64,000 bases of DNA from Ranitomeya imitator (lineage: Eukaryota), in NCBI RefSeq assembly GCF_032444005.1, contig NC_091282.1, forward strand, positions 261,702,001-261,766,000, given 5' to 3'. Shown in pieces: positions 13,023-27,920 of the stretch (position 1 is its first letter; each line of letters begins with the position of its first letter). Position numbers and translations under genes: made by a program. Below the pieces are notes generated by a model. It saw only the letters and a list, made by a program, of their open reading frames with translations, was not told the origin of the DNA and searched no databases.

Positions 13023-13753
13023 TTAACCCCTGCAATGCTAACAGAAATTTGCAATATGAAGGATATTTGCAAATTGAGATTCTGGTTTGGCTATTATCCT
13101 AAGTCATGTGACAAGGCTCGTTAAAGGGTCGACATTGACTTTTAGGATTGCTACTTCCAATAGGTGGCACTAGAGTTCTAGTCCTCTTCCTCTCTGAAGA
13201 GACAATTTGCATATTTCCCAGAGGAGCATTGCCGCTTTAAGTCTCCTCACCTCGACATGGTTATCATGTCACTCTCCGCAAGGAGAAACGATACTTCTTG
13301 GATCCCAATATGAAGGAGATGTGCTTCTAATCAGTGCAGGAGTACATGATATCAGAGCCTGCGGTCTTCTGGCCCGCTCTGTCGTGGTAAACCCATTATG
13401 TTTGGTTTAAGTTTGCACTGTGTAAGAATTTGGTTGTTTTGATAAATAATACATAATGCATAAAACATAATGTTGCTCGCTATTTCGCTTTAAGCCTGGT
13501 TTTATATTTTACATTGTCTAATTTCTCCAATCTTCATCAAGACTGGAGTAACAAATGTCAGTCTTGAAACACATCCTCCACAGGATTATTGTTTTAGGAT
13601 GCCATCTTGTTATTTTTTATATGTTTTTGTTGCACTTTTTTAATTTCAGTAGATAAAAAGCAGCAAATACCACAGGAAAAATAGCGTTTGTGGTCCAACC
13701 CTCATGTAAACTGTGAATGTAAGAGGGCAGTTTAATGTGAAACAGATAATTAA

Positions 13754-14065
13754 TAGTGATGAGCGAATATACTCGTTGCTTGAGATTTCTCGAGCACGCT
13801 CGGGGGTCCTCCGAGTATTTTTTAGTGCTCGGAGATTTCGTTTTTCTTGCCGCAGCTGAATGATTTACATCTGTTAGCCAGCATAAGTACATGTGGGGGT
13901 TGCCTGGTTGCTAGGGAATCCCCACATGTAATCAAGCTGGCTAACAGATGTAAATCATTCAGCTGCAGCGATGAAAACTAAATCTCTGAGTTCTAAAAAA
14001 ATTCTCGGAGGACACCCGAGCATGCTCGAGAAATCTCGAGTAACGAGTATATTCGCTCATCACTA
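13754..14065. mobile_element. hAT MITE, near-perfect 312-bp palindrome
   Basis: TIR tagtgatgagcgaatatactcgtt / aacgagtatattcgctcatcacta; perfect 8-bp TSD ATAATTAA (13746-13753, 14066-14073). Confidence 0.95.
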
Positions 14066-15081
14066 ATAATTAAACATTATGGAAATAATTGTTTTCTGAC
14101 AGTATAACCAATACATTATAAAGTATTCCACACACCATCCAATTCTAGAAAAAGAGATTAGCTAGAGGGGTTTTATGGAATTAGAAAAACTTGGTTCTTT
14201 TCTTCAGAGACAGTGCCAAAATTATCCAAAAGCTGTATTTGTTATTGCAACTACAACTTGTGTGTATTTGGCAAGAAATTCCTCCTAATAATAAAATAAT
14301 TTAAAATCAACACTATGATTATCAGACATTGCTGGAAGATATTCACCAAAGCTTTATATGACATATTTTAAACTAGCTGTACTTAGCTACATTCCTAATA
14401 TACAGTAAGTATATGCTTATCATCCGCTAAGAAAGTGAAATAGAGCAGTGGAGTTGCAGGTGACTTTACTTTGTTTTGGTTTACTCTTCTTTAAATTGTC
14501 TGTTTCAGATCACTTGATCTCACTTCATAGGTAATTTGCTAAATAGACAATATGAAAATCATCTCCCTTAAGAATTATGAGGTCTTACCCCCAAGGAGCC
14601 GGCCACTAGGCCTATCCCTTCTATGTAATTTGATGTCCACTGCCTGTTGTGAAATGTAATCCATCTGTATTTGCAGAGACAATGATATGGGTTACAAGAA
14701 ACTGGGCAGGTCTTTTGTCTATCTGTTATAATACATTACAGAGTGTCAAGCTTTCAGTCAGAGCAGACTAGTCTTTTATTTATTTATTATGGTTGCTTAT
14801 ATAGTGCCAACATATTATGCAATAGTTTACAGACCTTCTCATCACAGGCCATGGTGGCACTCCCAATCTAAATTCGCTAACAATATGTCTTTGGCGTGTT
14901 TGTACAATAGCCATAGTAATGCAAGCTGGGAAGCTTGAAAAAGAAAGTTCCAGCCCCAAAAGTGCTGGCAGAATACTGATGAATAGAAACTGTCCATGGA
15001 AAAATAATGAATGGCTTGTTATAGAGCATGAGACTCAGGACAGTTTATTGAGACAATAATATGTGCACAAAATCAGTTTAA

Positions 15082-15488
15082 AAGGGGTTGTCCAGGTTTG
15101 GCACAAAAGGCTATAGTCACTTTGTCACTGCAGATTTGTGAATCCATACAGTGCGGACATTATGTACTGTTAGGATTCTTCAGTGTCGATGCCGAAAGCG
15201 GGCGGTCATGTAACCGGAAGTATGCAATATGCATATTCCAGGCCACATTCCAACTAGACGTGCAAGGCCTCGATCAGTACAAGTGAATTGATCAAGGCTG
15301 CTCACCATCTAGTCAGAATGTGGCCAGATGTATGCATATTGTATACATGTGGTCACATGACCGCCACGCCTTTGTGCTGCCACCGGAGAATCCTGATAGT
15401 GTGCAATGTGCATGCTGTTAGGATTCACAAGTCTGCAATCACATAGAATAAACGCTGAGTTTTGTGCCAAACTTGGACAACCCTTTAT
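15082..15488. mobile_element. Kolobok/T2-type MITE
   Basis: Inverted termini ttaaaaggggttgtccaggtttggcac / gtgccaaacttggacaacccttta. Confidence 0.7.
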
Positions 15489-15599
15489 CTTGTTGGGCAT
15501 GAGGACAGCAAAACTATGTTTATCTAGAGGTTTAGTATTAAAGCGTAGGTACATGACTCTACAAGAACCAAAATGTAATTGTGAAAAGTTACAGATTTG

Positions 15600-16020
15600 A
15601 TTTCCTCTTAATGAATATTACTCTCTCTATTGAACGAGGTAATCCTAATTTCCTTATCTCTCTTCTGTTATGAGAGACTCAGACGTATTTTAAATGATTG
15701 CTCTAATGAATCTCTTCAACATTGGAGGAAAATATTCATAAAATTGGTGATCTAAAAGCAAATTGCTGAAATCACAAGGTAGAGAAGACCCTGCGACCTC
15801 TGTTTTATGGAGAACGGAAACATCTATGGCTTTGATATGAACATCTTGTGGTCCTTCTCCAGGTAGTGTTAGAGGAGACTCATTAGGTTTCAGAAGCTTC
15901 AGAATAAAGATGAACGTTCACTGATCTGCTGCAGTTCTCAGTACCTTGGTAATATCTTCAGAGTTCCTTGGGTGAAGTTGTTTTAATGTCTTCAGTCGCT
16001 TTGACTGGAATGCATTTGTA
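15600..16020 (-). pseudogene. Decayed L1/Tx1-like ORF2 fragment (EN-RT linker)
   Basis: Manual translation gives ...FSNLLLDHQFYEYFPPMLKRFIRAII*NTSESLIT..., resembling the WRxNxxLL...F...L..F...N...SLxTxWE linker of vertebrate L1; several stops. Confidence 0.35.
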
Positions 16021-16579
16021 AGAAATAATTAACATGTACAAGTTGTGCACTTTCTGGTCAAAGTAACTTGGGAACTATAGGTCATCACTAGCAATGTGGT
16101 ATTATAAACTGTGAAAGATTCATACTTTGCTCCTGACTTTTCATTCTTGGAGTAAATAATAATAATAATCTGTCTCAGACGATTTTCTCCTAATGTCCTT
16201 TAATAATGTAGCACATCGCTGTCTGTGATTTCGAGGCTTTATACTTTGTGCAGCCTGATACCACTTAAAGCCATTTTATTCCTTTTCATCTGTTTATGCT
16301 AATAATTATTGGGGTCCAGTGAATATATTACAAGGAAGAGAAGAGAGCTAACTTATTATTGGCTTAGGCAGAGATGAGATTTTTTTTTATGCATTTGTGG
16401 AGATTAAGTGTATAAATTCACATGCTTTACCTGATCTTTTGTATTTAGTTTTTGAGTTCACAGCAATGGATTTCCTATTGTAGAAACTTGCCCATAGGGA
16501 GCTCAGGGGAAAGTGTTTTCTAAAGTAAAAAAGCTTGTAGACCTATTGATCTGGATGTTAGGCATTCATATGGACAGTA

Positions 16580-17022
16580 TTAAAGGGGTTATCCAGCACT
16601 TACAGTATATTTGTGCATTGGGCTAAGAACTAACAGGCAGATATTTATGCACGTGGGCTATCTCTGATGGCGATTCCCCTGCTTCATTTCACATCTTTTC
16701 AATAGAGCAGCTCTTCCTCTTCCGCTCTGTACTGTCAGTGCGTCACTACAGATGTCATGCTGATTGACAGCCAGCTCCCCAAATTTAGGCAGTGGAGAGC
16801 TGGCGATCAATCAGCATGACATTGACATCAACAGAGGAAAGCGGAAATGAAGACTCTGTTCTGATAAAGTAAAGACAATGGAAGCAGGGGAAGCATGAGG
16901 TTTCCTTGACCATGCTGAGACAGCAGAAATCGTTACCAGGCACATCAGGCAACTACCTGCCTTTTAGTTCTTAGCGGCACGCCATATGCAAAAATAATGA
17001 AAGTGCCATCTAACCCCTTTAA
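16580..17022. mobile_element. Kolobok/T2-type MITE
   Basis: ttaaaggggttatcc ... tctaacccctttaa termini with inverted internal segments (gtcatgctgattgacagccagctc / gagctggcgatcaatcagcatgac). Confidence 0.65.
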
Positions 17023-17627
17023 CTCATTTATACCTACTGACAGTTTTGTTTTGCACAATTCATATGTCCAGGTTTTTTTTCCATCAGTGGCCTCCATTGC
17101 ATAACATTGCATACATCATCAGAAACTAGCGCGTGCACACTGCTGATGGATAGGTCTGCTTACATGATCCTCCATCAGCAGCCATGTTAATGAACAGAGC
17201 ACCCTGCAGACAGGGCAGAAGACTCTATATAATAAGAGGTCATTGCTTCTTAGAGCAGGACATCAACCCTGAGTCTGCAATATGTACATGTTACTAAGTG
17301 GCTTTCAGTGCTGTTTTCAGCATGTTTAGGAACATGATAACACTTTTTTAAGCCATGGTTTTAATAACCTACATAATTAAACTTTATGTGAAAGTAAATG
17401 TTAGCTAGTTGGTTATTTTCTGTTTTTCAACATTACAACACAGGACAGTTTTCCCTGATCATAAAATGGCTCATGATCAATTTAAAGCAAATAAGTCATC
17501 AGATTTCACAATTTGTACAGATTATGAAATAGATCTCTTAAACCTGGTGAGGCTGATGAACTTTGAAATTCCATGTCAGAAAAGCTGTATAAACTGGATG
17601 TTAAGATAAGTCCAGCTATAGAATGAA

Positions 17628-18197
17628 ATGTCGTGCTGGTAATTTGCACACCTTCTCATAGCATTACTGCAGTTTCCTGCTGTCTCCACCTGGCTATAGG
17701 GAGGCATGGTAATTCTCTGCATGAATTTAACCGTGATGTGTCCTGCAGAGTTTACCTTCCCTGGCCTATTCCCTGCCAGCAGGAGATATATTAGGTAGCT
17801 ACTCCCTCCACTCCTTACCTGAGATTTGGTTCCAGTTTGCAGTTCGCATCTAGTGTTTTGTTGTTTATCTCTCCCGTTACCGACCCGGCTTGTCTTCTTG
17901 TTTTGACTGATCTCTGTGCTATTGACCCCGGCTGCGTATTTGAACCTATGCTGCTTGCCCCAACCTCGGACTGTCTAACTACATCTCTGCCTGCGACCTC
18001 TGTACCTAACATCCCTGCTTTGACCCATTGGTCAGCTGCTGCAGGTCCAGGCACTGCTCTGAAGTGGCACCTGGTGGCTACCTAACGGCCCAAGCCTATC
18101 TTCACCATTAGAGGATCTCGTGAAGACCTGGTTGCCATTTAGTCTCTCTCCTCCAGGGTAAGCCCGGCCAGTGGCTTTATACCCACCATCGTCACAC
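17628..18197. mobile_element. Probable decayed solo LTR (Gypsy-type)
   Basis: TG...CA ends (tgtcgtg / cgtcaca) and pyrimidine-rich gacccgg repeats typical of these LTRs; TSD not recognisable. Confidence 0.4.
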
Positions 18198-19329
18198 TGG
18201 AAATTATACTGCCTAAAAACCTCTTTTTTTGCATTTATCCACATCAGCATTGTAGAATTAGTATTAGCTATGTTACTTTTCAGAATATAAGATTTTAATG
18301 TATTTGGCTTATAACCTGTTGGGATATATACATTTATAAAGAATGAATTAAAACTTTAGACTTTATTTACCTCTATATTTTTATGTTTATGCCTTACAAG
18401 ATCTTAACGCACACTGGTGCTTTCAAGTTTGTGGTAACTAAAAGCTGCTGGGAGCAGGACAGGTTCTGTGTACCAGCCTGTCTGAAACTGATAAAAAATA
18501 GGAATAGCAAGAAAACTCCTGCATATTTTAGGTTTGTTTTACTTTACATCTATAGGACATGTGTTGCTAATAGGTGGTAGAGCGCGAGATCTTAAAATTA
18601 TTTTTTACTCTATTCGATGTAATTGACTTCAGCAAATAATGCAATGCAATTTAACTTGCGTAATACAAATTAATAATCTTAAGATATAATTTCTGCTTGC
18701 GTTTAGTTTATTTTCCAGTAGATGACATAGTCTTCCTTTAACAAAGTCTTTCTTGTCCATAATAAATCTGTTGCATATCTTAACAAAACTTTGAAAATTC
18801 ATCCAGCTGCTTAAGAAATCAAAGTGATGTGGTGATACACAGAAATATCTCTTACTTGTCGCACATGGATCAATTGTGACCCCAATGCAGATCTTTCTAT
18901 ATCATTCTAAATAAATCACAACAACAATTACAAATCTGAAAATCACAATGCATTAATTGATTGTCTATTACGTTTGAAAATGGAACCCTTCATTTAATAT
19001 TATGTAGGTGGGGTCAGCTATAAGCAAATGCACATTTCCTGGCCATACAATTAAGTGCTAATTTATTACTGTATTTGTATTTCTTTTAAATATTTCTAAT
19101 TTCTTAACATTTCAGCTAACAGATGTTGTGTTTCTATAAATGGGTTGTCTGGCTTTTTTTTAGATGAGTATCTTATTTGGTATTAAAATAAATGCATTAA
19201 AAAATAAATAAAACAACCTCGGGTTAGTTTTACTGAAACTTAACTTTTTGATGGTTAGTAGGCAGTCTTAAAATGGGCCAAATTGATCAAAGTGTCTCAA
19301 GCTGGATAATACATTTATTGCATTTTTAA

Positions 19330-21060
19330 CCTCTTCATGACATATGATGTACAGTTACGCCATATGCCGTGTCTCTGCCTTTGATGCATGCTCGCAAGCC
19401 AAGCCCACATCTTTTCTGGCAGATGATGGCTAATTTACCCAACCTACATCTGACTCCAACAACCATAGTTGAAGCTGAACTGTCAATTTTTTACAGCAGC
19501 ATTTTACACTTGCACACAGGGGCAAGCGTCATTCCATAAACCCACTGGCACACCCGTGATGTGATCAAATGAGCATGACAGCCGAGAGTCTGCCAAAGAC
19601 CGCCGTGCACAATTCTCCTGTGAAAGTCAGCTTTCAACTGGCATTCATAAGAGATTGAAATTTTAACTATAAATTGTAATGCTATGTATTGCTCAGGTAA
19701 TCAGATGATCGCAGCTTCATGTCTCCTAAGGGGACTATTTAATATAGTAAAAAAGTGAGAAAAAAGTTTTTAGAAATATGGAAAAAATATAAAAATACAC
19801 ACGTGCAAATCACAACCATTTTGTCCCATTAAAAATAAAACAATCAACCCCTACACCCCAAAGCCTGTTTTCACCTTCCTGAACAGGCCAAATATTACAG
19901 TTTTGTCCAGTGTCCCTTGATAAGGTAATAACTCTGGGACAAATCAACGTGTCCCTGTGATTCTGAGGTTAATTTTTCAAGACATGTTGTACTTTATGTT
20001 AGTGGTAAATTTTTTGTGTTTATTTGTTAAAATGTCGGAACTTTGGTGAAAATTTTTTAAATGTTGCGTTTTTTTAACTTTTAATTTTTATACCCTTAAA
20101 CAAGATAGTTATATCACACAAAATAGTTAATAGTTAACCTTTACCATATGTCTACATGACATCACACCATTTTTGAAACATAATTTTGTTTTGCTAGGAA
20201 GTTAGGTTAAAAATTGATCAGCAATTTTTTCATCAAAATTTACAAAACCATTTTTTAGGGACCACATCATGTTTGCAGTTACTTTGAGGGGTCTCTGTGA
20301 CAAACAATACTCCCAATCTACACCATTTTAAAATATGCACCCTCATAGTGCTCAAAAAAAGTTCAAGAAGTTTATTAACCTTTTAGGTGCTTCACAAAAA
20401 TTAAAGCAGTGTGGAAGGAAAAAATGAAATTTTACTTTTTTTTTCACAAAAATGTTCCTTTTGCCCCAACTTTTTTATTTTCACAAGGATAACAGTATAA
20501 AATGGACCATACAATTTATCATGCAATTACTCCTGACTGAGTACACTGGTATTCCATATGTGGTAGAATGTTAATGTTTGGGTGCCCAGTTGGGCTTGTA
20601 AGGGAAGGAGCGCCATTGTACTTTTGGAGCACAAACTTGGCTGAACTAGATAGTAGACATCATGTTGCATTGGCAAAGCTTCTGATGTGCCCAAACATTG
20701 CAGACACCCAACAAGTGACCTCATTTTGGAAACTTAAACCCCTCAAGGAATTTATCTAGAGATGTGGTGAGCACATTGAGCACACACGTGCATTACACAG
20801 TTTTATAACACTGAGCCATGAAAATAAAAAAAGTATATTGCTTTAGCTCCAAATTTGTAATTTTCAAAGGATGGTAGGAGAAAATGGACCATACATTTTG
20901 TTGTGCAATTTTTACTGAGTACGCCAATACTCCATATGTGATATAAATCAGCTGTATGGGTTCACAGCAGGGCTCAGAAGGGATGGAGCACCAATTGAAT
21001 TCTGGAGCACAATTTTGGCTGGAATAGATTGCGGATGCGATGGCACATTTGAAGAGCCCC
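19330..21060. mobile_element. piggyBac-like non-autonomous element (left end and AT-rich body)
   Basis: TTAA (19326-19329) followed by cctcttcatgac...; internal duplicated segments (20490-20570 versus 20880-20940). Confidence 0.5.
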
Positions 21061-22849
21061 TGACATAAAATAGCAGAAACCCCAAGGGATTCAATCACTA
21101 TGAGGCATCTATGTTACTCTGGACTTCATCTGGCCTCTTTTCAGCATTGTCCTTCTTTTCAGAAGTGCACAAATTTGTGGCCAACTGCGCTTTTATGCAC
21201 GGCCGGATGATAGGCTAGACAGAGTCCACAGTTCTACATCGGCCTCATTATAGAGGATCTTCAGGTTTCGTTTGAATAACATATTTCATAGATTTACACG
21301 GAAACCCTGGTGTAAGTATTCAGCGTAGAGCACAGGATAAATGTGAGCTGGGGTTTACTGCGATCTTTCGAAGGCAGAATAAACAAATCAACGGCAAGTC
21401 AAGAATTGATTTTACTTTTTATGACATTCCTCTTGTGGTATAAGTTATTAGACGACTGTATTCTTCGGGTCGGTGTGATTACAGTGATATCAGATTTATA
21501 TCTGTTTTTGCAGGATTGTTTTTGCGAAATAAGTTGACATTTTACTGGTATCAGTTTTTGGCACATAACATTTTTTGATTGCTTTTTATTCCTTATTTTT
21601 GAGAGGCAGAATGAATAAAAAAAGCTATTCAGGTATTGTTTTTTATGCCATTCAGTTGATAATACAGCTTTATTCTTTGGGTCAGTACGATTACAGCGAT
21701 ACCTATTTATATCGTACGTCGGTGCGACGCATAGTGACGGACCCGTACCGACGCAAGTGTGAAAGAGGCCTTAATGAGCGTTGAATTTAAAAAAAAAAAA
21801 AAACGGAAAAAAACGGCAATTTTCTGCGCCAGAGGGGGAAAGCCGACGGCCGGGGGCCAATATTTGTAGCCTGCTATGAATATCAGCCCGCAGCTGTCTG
21901 TGTAGCCTTTACTGGCTATTAAAATAGGGGGACCCCCCAAAAATGACGTGGGGTCCCCCTATATTTTATAGCCTGAAAGGCTATGCAGACAGCTGCGGGC
22001 TGATATTCATATCCTAGAGAGGAGCCATGGATATTGGCCCCCCCGGCTACAAATTCCAGTCCGCAGCCGCCCCAGAAATGGCGCATCTGTAAGATGCACC
22101 AATTCCAGCACTTAGCCACTCTCTTCCCACTCCCGTGTAGCGGTTGGATATGGGGTAATAAGGGATAAACGTCACCTTGCTATTGTAAGGTGACATTAAG
22201 CCGGGTTAATAACGGAGAGTCGTCAATAAGACTCCTATCCATTATTAATCCAATAGTAATAAAGGGTTAATAAAACACACACACATTAGGAAAAAAGTAT
22301 TTTAATATTCTTCAGTTAACCATACTTACCATACTTCAGCGCCTGCTAAAAACTTAAAATAATAAACCGTATACTACCTGTCTGCCGTAGTCCAATTAAT
22401 AATGAGTGTCCCACGACGATCTCCCCTATAGAACAGTGACATTGGGTTATGTCACTGCTCTATAGGACCCTCAGTGACACACTGACAGGAGACAATGGCT
22501 CCTGCAGTGCATCACTGAGGTTACTATATTTCAAAGTCTCACTTTATGGCAATTGCTGCATGGGAAAATTTCTCACACAGCAATGCCAAAAGTGAGACTA
22601 GGGACTATTTTTTTACAGCGGCGGAGGAATACAGTGCAGAAGGATACCTTCCTCCCGTCATTGCGTTCCTGGAGCCCCTGGAGAGCGGTTGCATCAGCTG
22701 ATGCTGCCGTTCTCCAAGGGAGATCGTCATGGGACACTCGTGGATTTCTGCAGACAGGGAGTATATTGGTTGTTTGTTATTTTAATATTTTTTTACAGAT
22801 GACACTGGCTTCGGGGAACAAAGTGACAAGTTATGGTGATGGTGAGTAT

Positions 22850-23110
22850 GTACTCTATGTTATATGTACTGTATGTCTATATGTATGTACTGTATTTAAT
22901 GTATGAAGGTATTGTATGTAGTGTGTATGTAGTATGCATGTAGTATATATGTAGTATGTAGTATGTGTGCAGTATGTATGTAGTATGTATGTATGTAGTA
23001 TGTATGTTGTATGTATGTATGTAGTATGTATGTATGTACTATGTTGTATGTATGTAGTATGTAGTATGTATGTAGTATGTCGTATGTATATGTGTAGTAT
23101 GTATGTAGTA
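22850..23110. repeat. (TATG)/(TAGTATG) compound microsatellite
   Basis: Directly visible. Confidence 0.95.
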
Positions 23111-23259
23111 TTTTTTTTTACATTCAACACATTATCAAGATGATGTGACTACTACTGTCCCATCATTGGCTAATGTGTCAATCACTGTCACTGTAGCAGG
23201 CATCGTCCGATGGGACTTGTAGTCCCATCGGACGATGCCTGCACACACGCACGCACGCA

Positions 23260-23520
23260 CAGACCCCTGGCAGGCCCGTACAGACCTCCGGCAGCCCGCA
23301 CAGACCCCCGGCAGCCCGCACAGAGCCCTGGAAGGCCCACACAGACTCCCAGAAGCCCGCACAGACCCCCGACAGCCCACACAGAGCCCCACCAGGCCAG
23401 CACAGACCCCCGGCAGGCATGCACAGACCCCCGGCAGGCTGCACAGACGCCCGGCATGCACACGCAAACCCCCGGCAGGCCCACACAGATCCCCCACGGT
23501 CACGCACAGACTCCGCCTGC
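23260..23520. repeat. GC-rich minisatellite, about 20-bp unit (cacagacccccggcaggccc)
   Basis: About 12 imperfect tandem copies; source of spurious ORFs. Confidence 0.9.
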
Positions 23521-24467
23521 ACACACACACATCCAGTCTCCGCCCACACACCGCCCACACTCCATTATAGTGCATCATTGCACTATAGGAACTTCCGATT
23601 CCGGTATCCGATATCGCAAAAGTATCAAAACTTGTTATCGGAATTCTGATACAGCGAATATCGGCCGATAACCGAAATTTGCTGTATCGGAATGGTCAAC
23701 ACTAATGAGGAAACATTCAGGACCAAAGTCATTAATACTGGCGTTTTACACGTATAGTCTTAATGAGGAGTAAGATGCATCTAATTCATTAAGATTTACG
23801 TTTATCTTATAACTGACGTGCAACTCCATGTGCTTCGCCAGATATGTTACTCCACTAACTGCTGTAAGTTAAATCACAAAAAAGGCATACATTTTGAAAA
23901 ATTTTGAGGGTGAGTGTTGCAATGCCCGTCCAGCTTATGCTCCACCCACCTTGCCAGGGCTAGTTTGAAAATGGCAAAAATTTAAATATTTTGCGCAACT
24001 TTAGTGGTGCAAAAGTTTTGTGACTTTTCAAAGTGTTTGATGACATAAATATGACAAAAACAGTCTAACCCCTTTACACCTTCATCCATTTTCCTTTTTT
24101 TATTTCCTTTTTTCCTCTCCTTCTTACTCCTTTTTATTTTTTTCATAAATATAGCAATGTGAGGGCTTGTTATTTTAATGGACGAGTTGTACTTTTGAAT
24201 GACACTATTGAGTTTACCACATAGTGTACTGAAAAATAGGAAAAAAAAATAAGTGGAGTTAAATTGCCAAAGTGCAATTACACAATTGTTTTTTGGGATT
24301 TTTATTTAACATGTAAAAATGACCTGGAAATATAATTCACCAGGTCAGTACAGGTACGCTGATACCATGCATTCCAATTCATACTCCAGTTCATTTTTTT
24401 GGGTTAAGTTTCAGGTTTCTGCACTTAGTGCACACAATGGCACGGCCTCCCTTTCTTTAAGTTGGAC

Positions 24468-26212
24468 CTGAGGTATGGCTAGGGTTTTGGTTCGGGGGGT
24501 GAAGCTTCTGAGTAGCCCCTAACCAGGTATGAGTAGCCCCTAACCAGGTAACCTTGAATACAACTCGGTGACGCACCCTAATAGTGGAGGAGAACTTCAG
24601 CAGATGATTGCGCTATTACTGAAGATAATCTCTATATAAAGACCAACATGGATATTACCACCATATGGTCAGTGGTAGATACCAGTTCTACAGAACACAG
24701 ATAATGTCTTACCGCTGACGTTCTTTATGATGGAGTTGTCACTTTTCCCGTCTTTTCCATCTGGCCCAGACCGACATGACAACTTCTTCCAGCAATAACT
24801 CACCTGCAGAGATTACAAAAAAGACACATTTCACTTCTCACATTCCAGCCCCATCACCATCTATTCACAACCTACACAACTTCCTCATCCTACTGATACC
24901 CCAATACTGAGCCGCTGCTGCCGTATGTGTCCCTATTACTGCCCCTGATACCCTAATGCTGAGCTGCTGCTGCCGTATGTGTCCCTATTACTGCACCTGA
25001 TACCCCAATACTGATCTGCTGCTGCCATATGTGTCCCTATTACTGCACCCGATACCCCAATACTGAGCCACTGCTGCCGTATGTGTCCCTATTACTGCCC
25101 CTGATTCCCCAATACTGAGCCGCTGCTGCCACATGTGTCCCTATTACTGCACCTGCTGTGTGGTTTTGTGTGCCCTCTAAATTCTAAGGCACCCCTCTAT
25201 AATATAGTAATGCCGGGTACAAGTACCCTAGAAAACAGAGCCCACATTTTGCCCCCTAGAAAGCAATATTGCCCTGTGTGCCCTTTTGATAGTCACAGTA
25301 ACCTGAGTTACGCTATAACAATAAGTGCCAACTTTACATTTAATAATGTTCCGAGTCTCCCCCTGTACAGCTCCCCTATACACAGCATGATGCTCTCTTA
25401 TACACAGTATACTGACCCTTTAGTAGCCTCCAAACTGTTTGATTGCTCCAACAGTGTAATCCCCACACTGTATGATGCCCCTCTAGATGGCCTCCATGTA
25501 GTATAATGTGCCAGATCATCCTCAATATAGTATAATGCACCACATAGTCCTTAATATAGTATAATGTACCAGATAGTCCTCAATATAGTATAATGCACTC
25601 CCCATAGGCCTACTCTATATTGTATAATGCACCCCCCATAGGCAGACTCTATAGCACAAAGTAGCACCCCAGAGGCAGACCCTGTAGTATAAAGCAGCAC
25701 CCCCATAGGCAGACTTTGTAGTATAAGACAACACCCCCCATAGGCAGATTCTGTAGTATAAGGCAGCACCCCTTAAAAAAATAAATAAATACTCACCTCT
25801 CTTCTTCCTGGTTCCTGCGCTGCTCCCGCTGATCTCCTTACAGCGGGCCCGGGTAGTGACGTCATCGCACCCGCTGTCAGTGTCGGTGACGTCAGATGTC
25901 GACTCTGACAGGGGGATGATGGGAGAAGGAGTGCAGCGCTCGTTCCCTCATCATTGCAGTCAGCTGTGTCGGCTAAATGCTGGTACAGTTGACCCTGTGA
26001 TGACAGGCGGAGGGCCCACTGCTGGCACCGGGCCCCCCGCCTGCTCAGGGGCCCCATAGTGGCAGAGCAGGGAGATCGATTCTCCCTGCTCTGCCACAGA
26101 AGGCAACTGTATCGACTACAGTTACAGTAGCATAGCTCCATTTGGGCCCCCTCTGAGCTCCGGGCCCGGGCGTCCGCACCCTCTGCCCCCCGGTAGCTAC
26201 GCTACGCTACTG
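24468..26212. mobile_element. Non-autonomous hAT element, sibling of 986-5279, without the CR1
   Basis: Colinear similarity throughout; TIR ctgaggtatggcta / tagctacgctac...tg; decayed 8-bp TSD AGTTGGAC / AGCTGGAT (6 of 8). Confidence 0.8.
24895..25160. repeat. Minisatellite, about 50-bp unit (ctgataccccaatactgagccgctgctgccgtatgtgtccctattactgccc)
   Basis: About five tandem copies, versus a single copy at about 1415-1470 in the sibling element. Confidence 0.9.
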
Positions 26213-27403
26213 AGCTGGATATTATGTTTATATAGATTCCCTGTTGATGTGTGTCCATATTTGGGACCTGGTTCTGCTCAGCCCGTGTTCACATTGATGT
26301 TACTTTGACTTAGGCCGGTTTCACATGTCAGTGCCTCCAGTATGTGTAGTAACAGTTTTCTCACGTACCGGAGACACTGACATACGTAGACCCATTCAAA
26401 TGAATGGGTCTATGCTGATGTCAGCGTGTTTTGATGGACCGTGTGTCTGTGTGCAAAACACGCAGACATGTCCGTTTTTACCCGGGCACACGGCCCGCCA
26501 AACGTCCTGCGCATGTGCACACGAAGAACAGTGTACACTGTCCTCCGTGTGCACAGATGGCTGCAGGGGAAGCAGTGCTACTGTCAGCCGCTGTTCCCCT
26601 GCGTGTGGTGCTGAACCTGGCTTTCATCCTTTGTCCTCTGCTCTGCCGGTAGCAGAGCGAGCAGAGGACAATGAATGAAAGAAAAAACAACATGGGGTCC
26701 CCCCTATATTTTACAACCAACCAGGCAAAACTCACAGGTTCGGGCTGCTATTCTCAGGCTGGTAATGGGCCATGGATATGGGCCCCACAGCCTTAAAAAA
26801 GCAGCCCGTGACTGCCCAGAAAAGATGCATCTATTAGATACACCAATTCTTGAGCTTTGCCCGCTTCTTCCCACTTGCCCTGTAGCATTGGCAAGTGGGG
26901 TAATGAGGGGTTAATGTCACCTTCCTATTGTAAGGTGACATTAAGCCGGCTTAGTAATGGAGAGGTGTCAATAAGACGCCTATCCTTTACTAATCCTGGA
27001 GTAGTTAAAGGGTTAATAAAACACCACACAGTTAGAAAAAAGTATTTTAGTAAAATAAAGCCATATACACATTTTTTCCATCTTTAATACTCTGCCAACA
27101 CAAGCTAAGCCCGCGAAGCTCGCGGTCTCCTGGAAAAAAAGTAAAAAAAAAAAATAGACCAACAATATCCCATACCTGTCCGGCGTACAGTCAGTCCCAC
27201 GTAGTAATCCATATCTAGGGGAATTAACAGTTTACAATCGGGAGCAGTGCTAATACGAGCGCACCCGGCTGTAAACTACTGGTGAATGAATGAAATGCTG
27301 GGAGCGGAGCTTTGGTAAATAGCGGTGATGTCACCGAAGCTACCTTTCATTTCTTTTTCTGTATGTTGGTGTTCACAATCTTACATCTAAAAGACCACCT
27401 AAG

Positions 27404-27920
27404 GCTAAGTTCACACGTTGCATTTGCAGCAGCTTTTTTTTAAATGAAAAGTTTAAGCTGCGTTTTATGCTGCTTGCAAAAAGCAGGTTTTGCTTTGTTT
27501 TTGCTGCATTTTTGCTGCGTTTTTATTGCTGCATTTTTGTGAGGGTACATTTGTCTCTTGTGCATGCTGATAAAGTGCATATAAAAAATAATCTGATTCA
27601 ACTTCAAAAGGTTTTGGCACCAAAAACACAGCAAAACCTGATACCTGCATTCTTTGCAGCATTTTTCAGCATTTTTCGCACTACCCATTGCTTTCAATGG
27701 CTGAAAAACCATACAAAAACGCTGAAAAAAGCTGAAAGAAGTGAAATTCTGCTTTTTTGCAGAAGCACAGCTCTTTGACAAAACAGTCTAAAAAAAAAAA
27801 AAGGTGTGTGCATGAGATTTCTGAAATCTCTTAGACTTTGCTGGTACTGTTAAACGCAGCTGAAAATATGTATAAAAAATGCAGCAAAAAAATGCAAAAA
27901 TGCAACGTGTGAACATAGCT
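27404..27920. mobile_element. Harbinger/PIF-type MITE
   Basis: TAA then ggctaagttcacacgttgc ... gcaacgtgtgaacatagc; AT-rich palindromic body. Confidence 0.75.

Larger units (their letters stand above)
21780..23704. mobile_element. hAT-type non-autonomous element with internal satellites; one terminus visible
   Basis: Right terminus reads tagtgttgaccattccgatac on the minus strand, similar to the TAGxGxTGAGC TIRs at 13754 and 50128; ccgata-rich subterminal repeats. Confidence 0.55.
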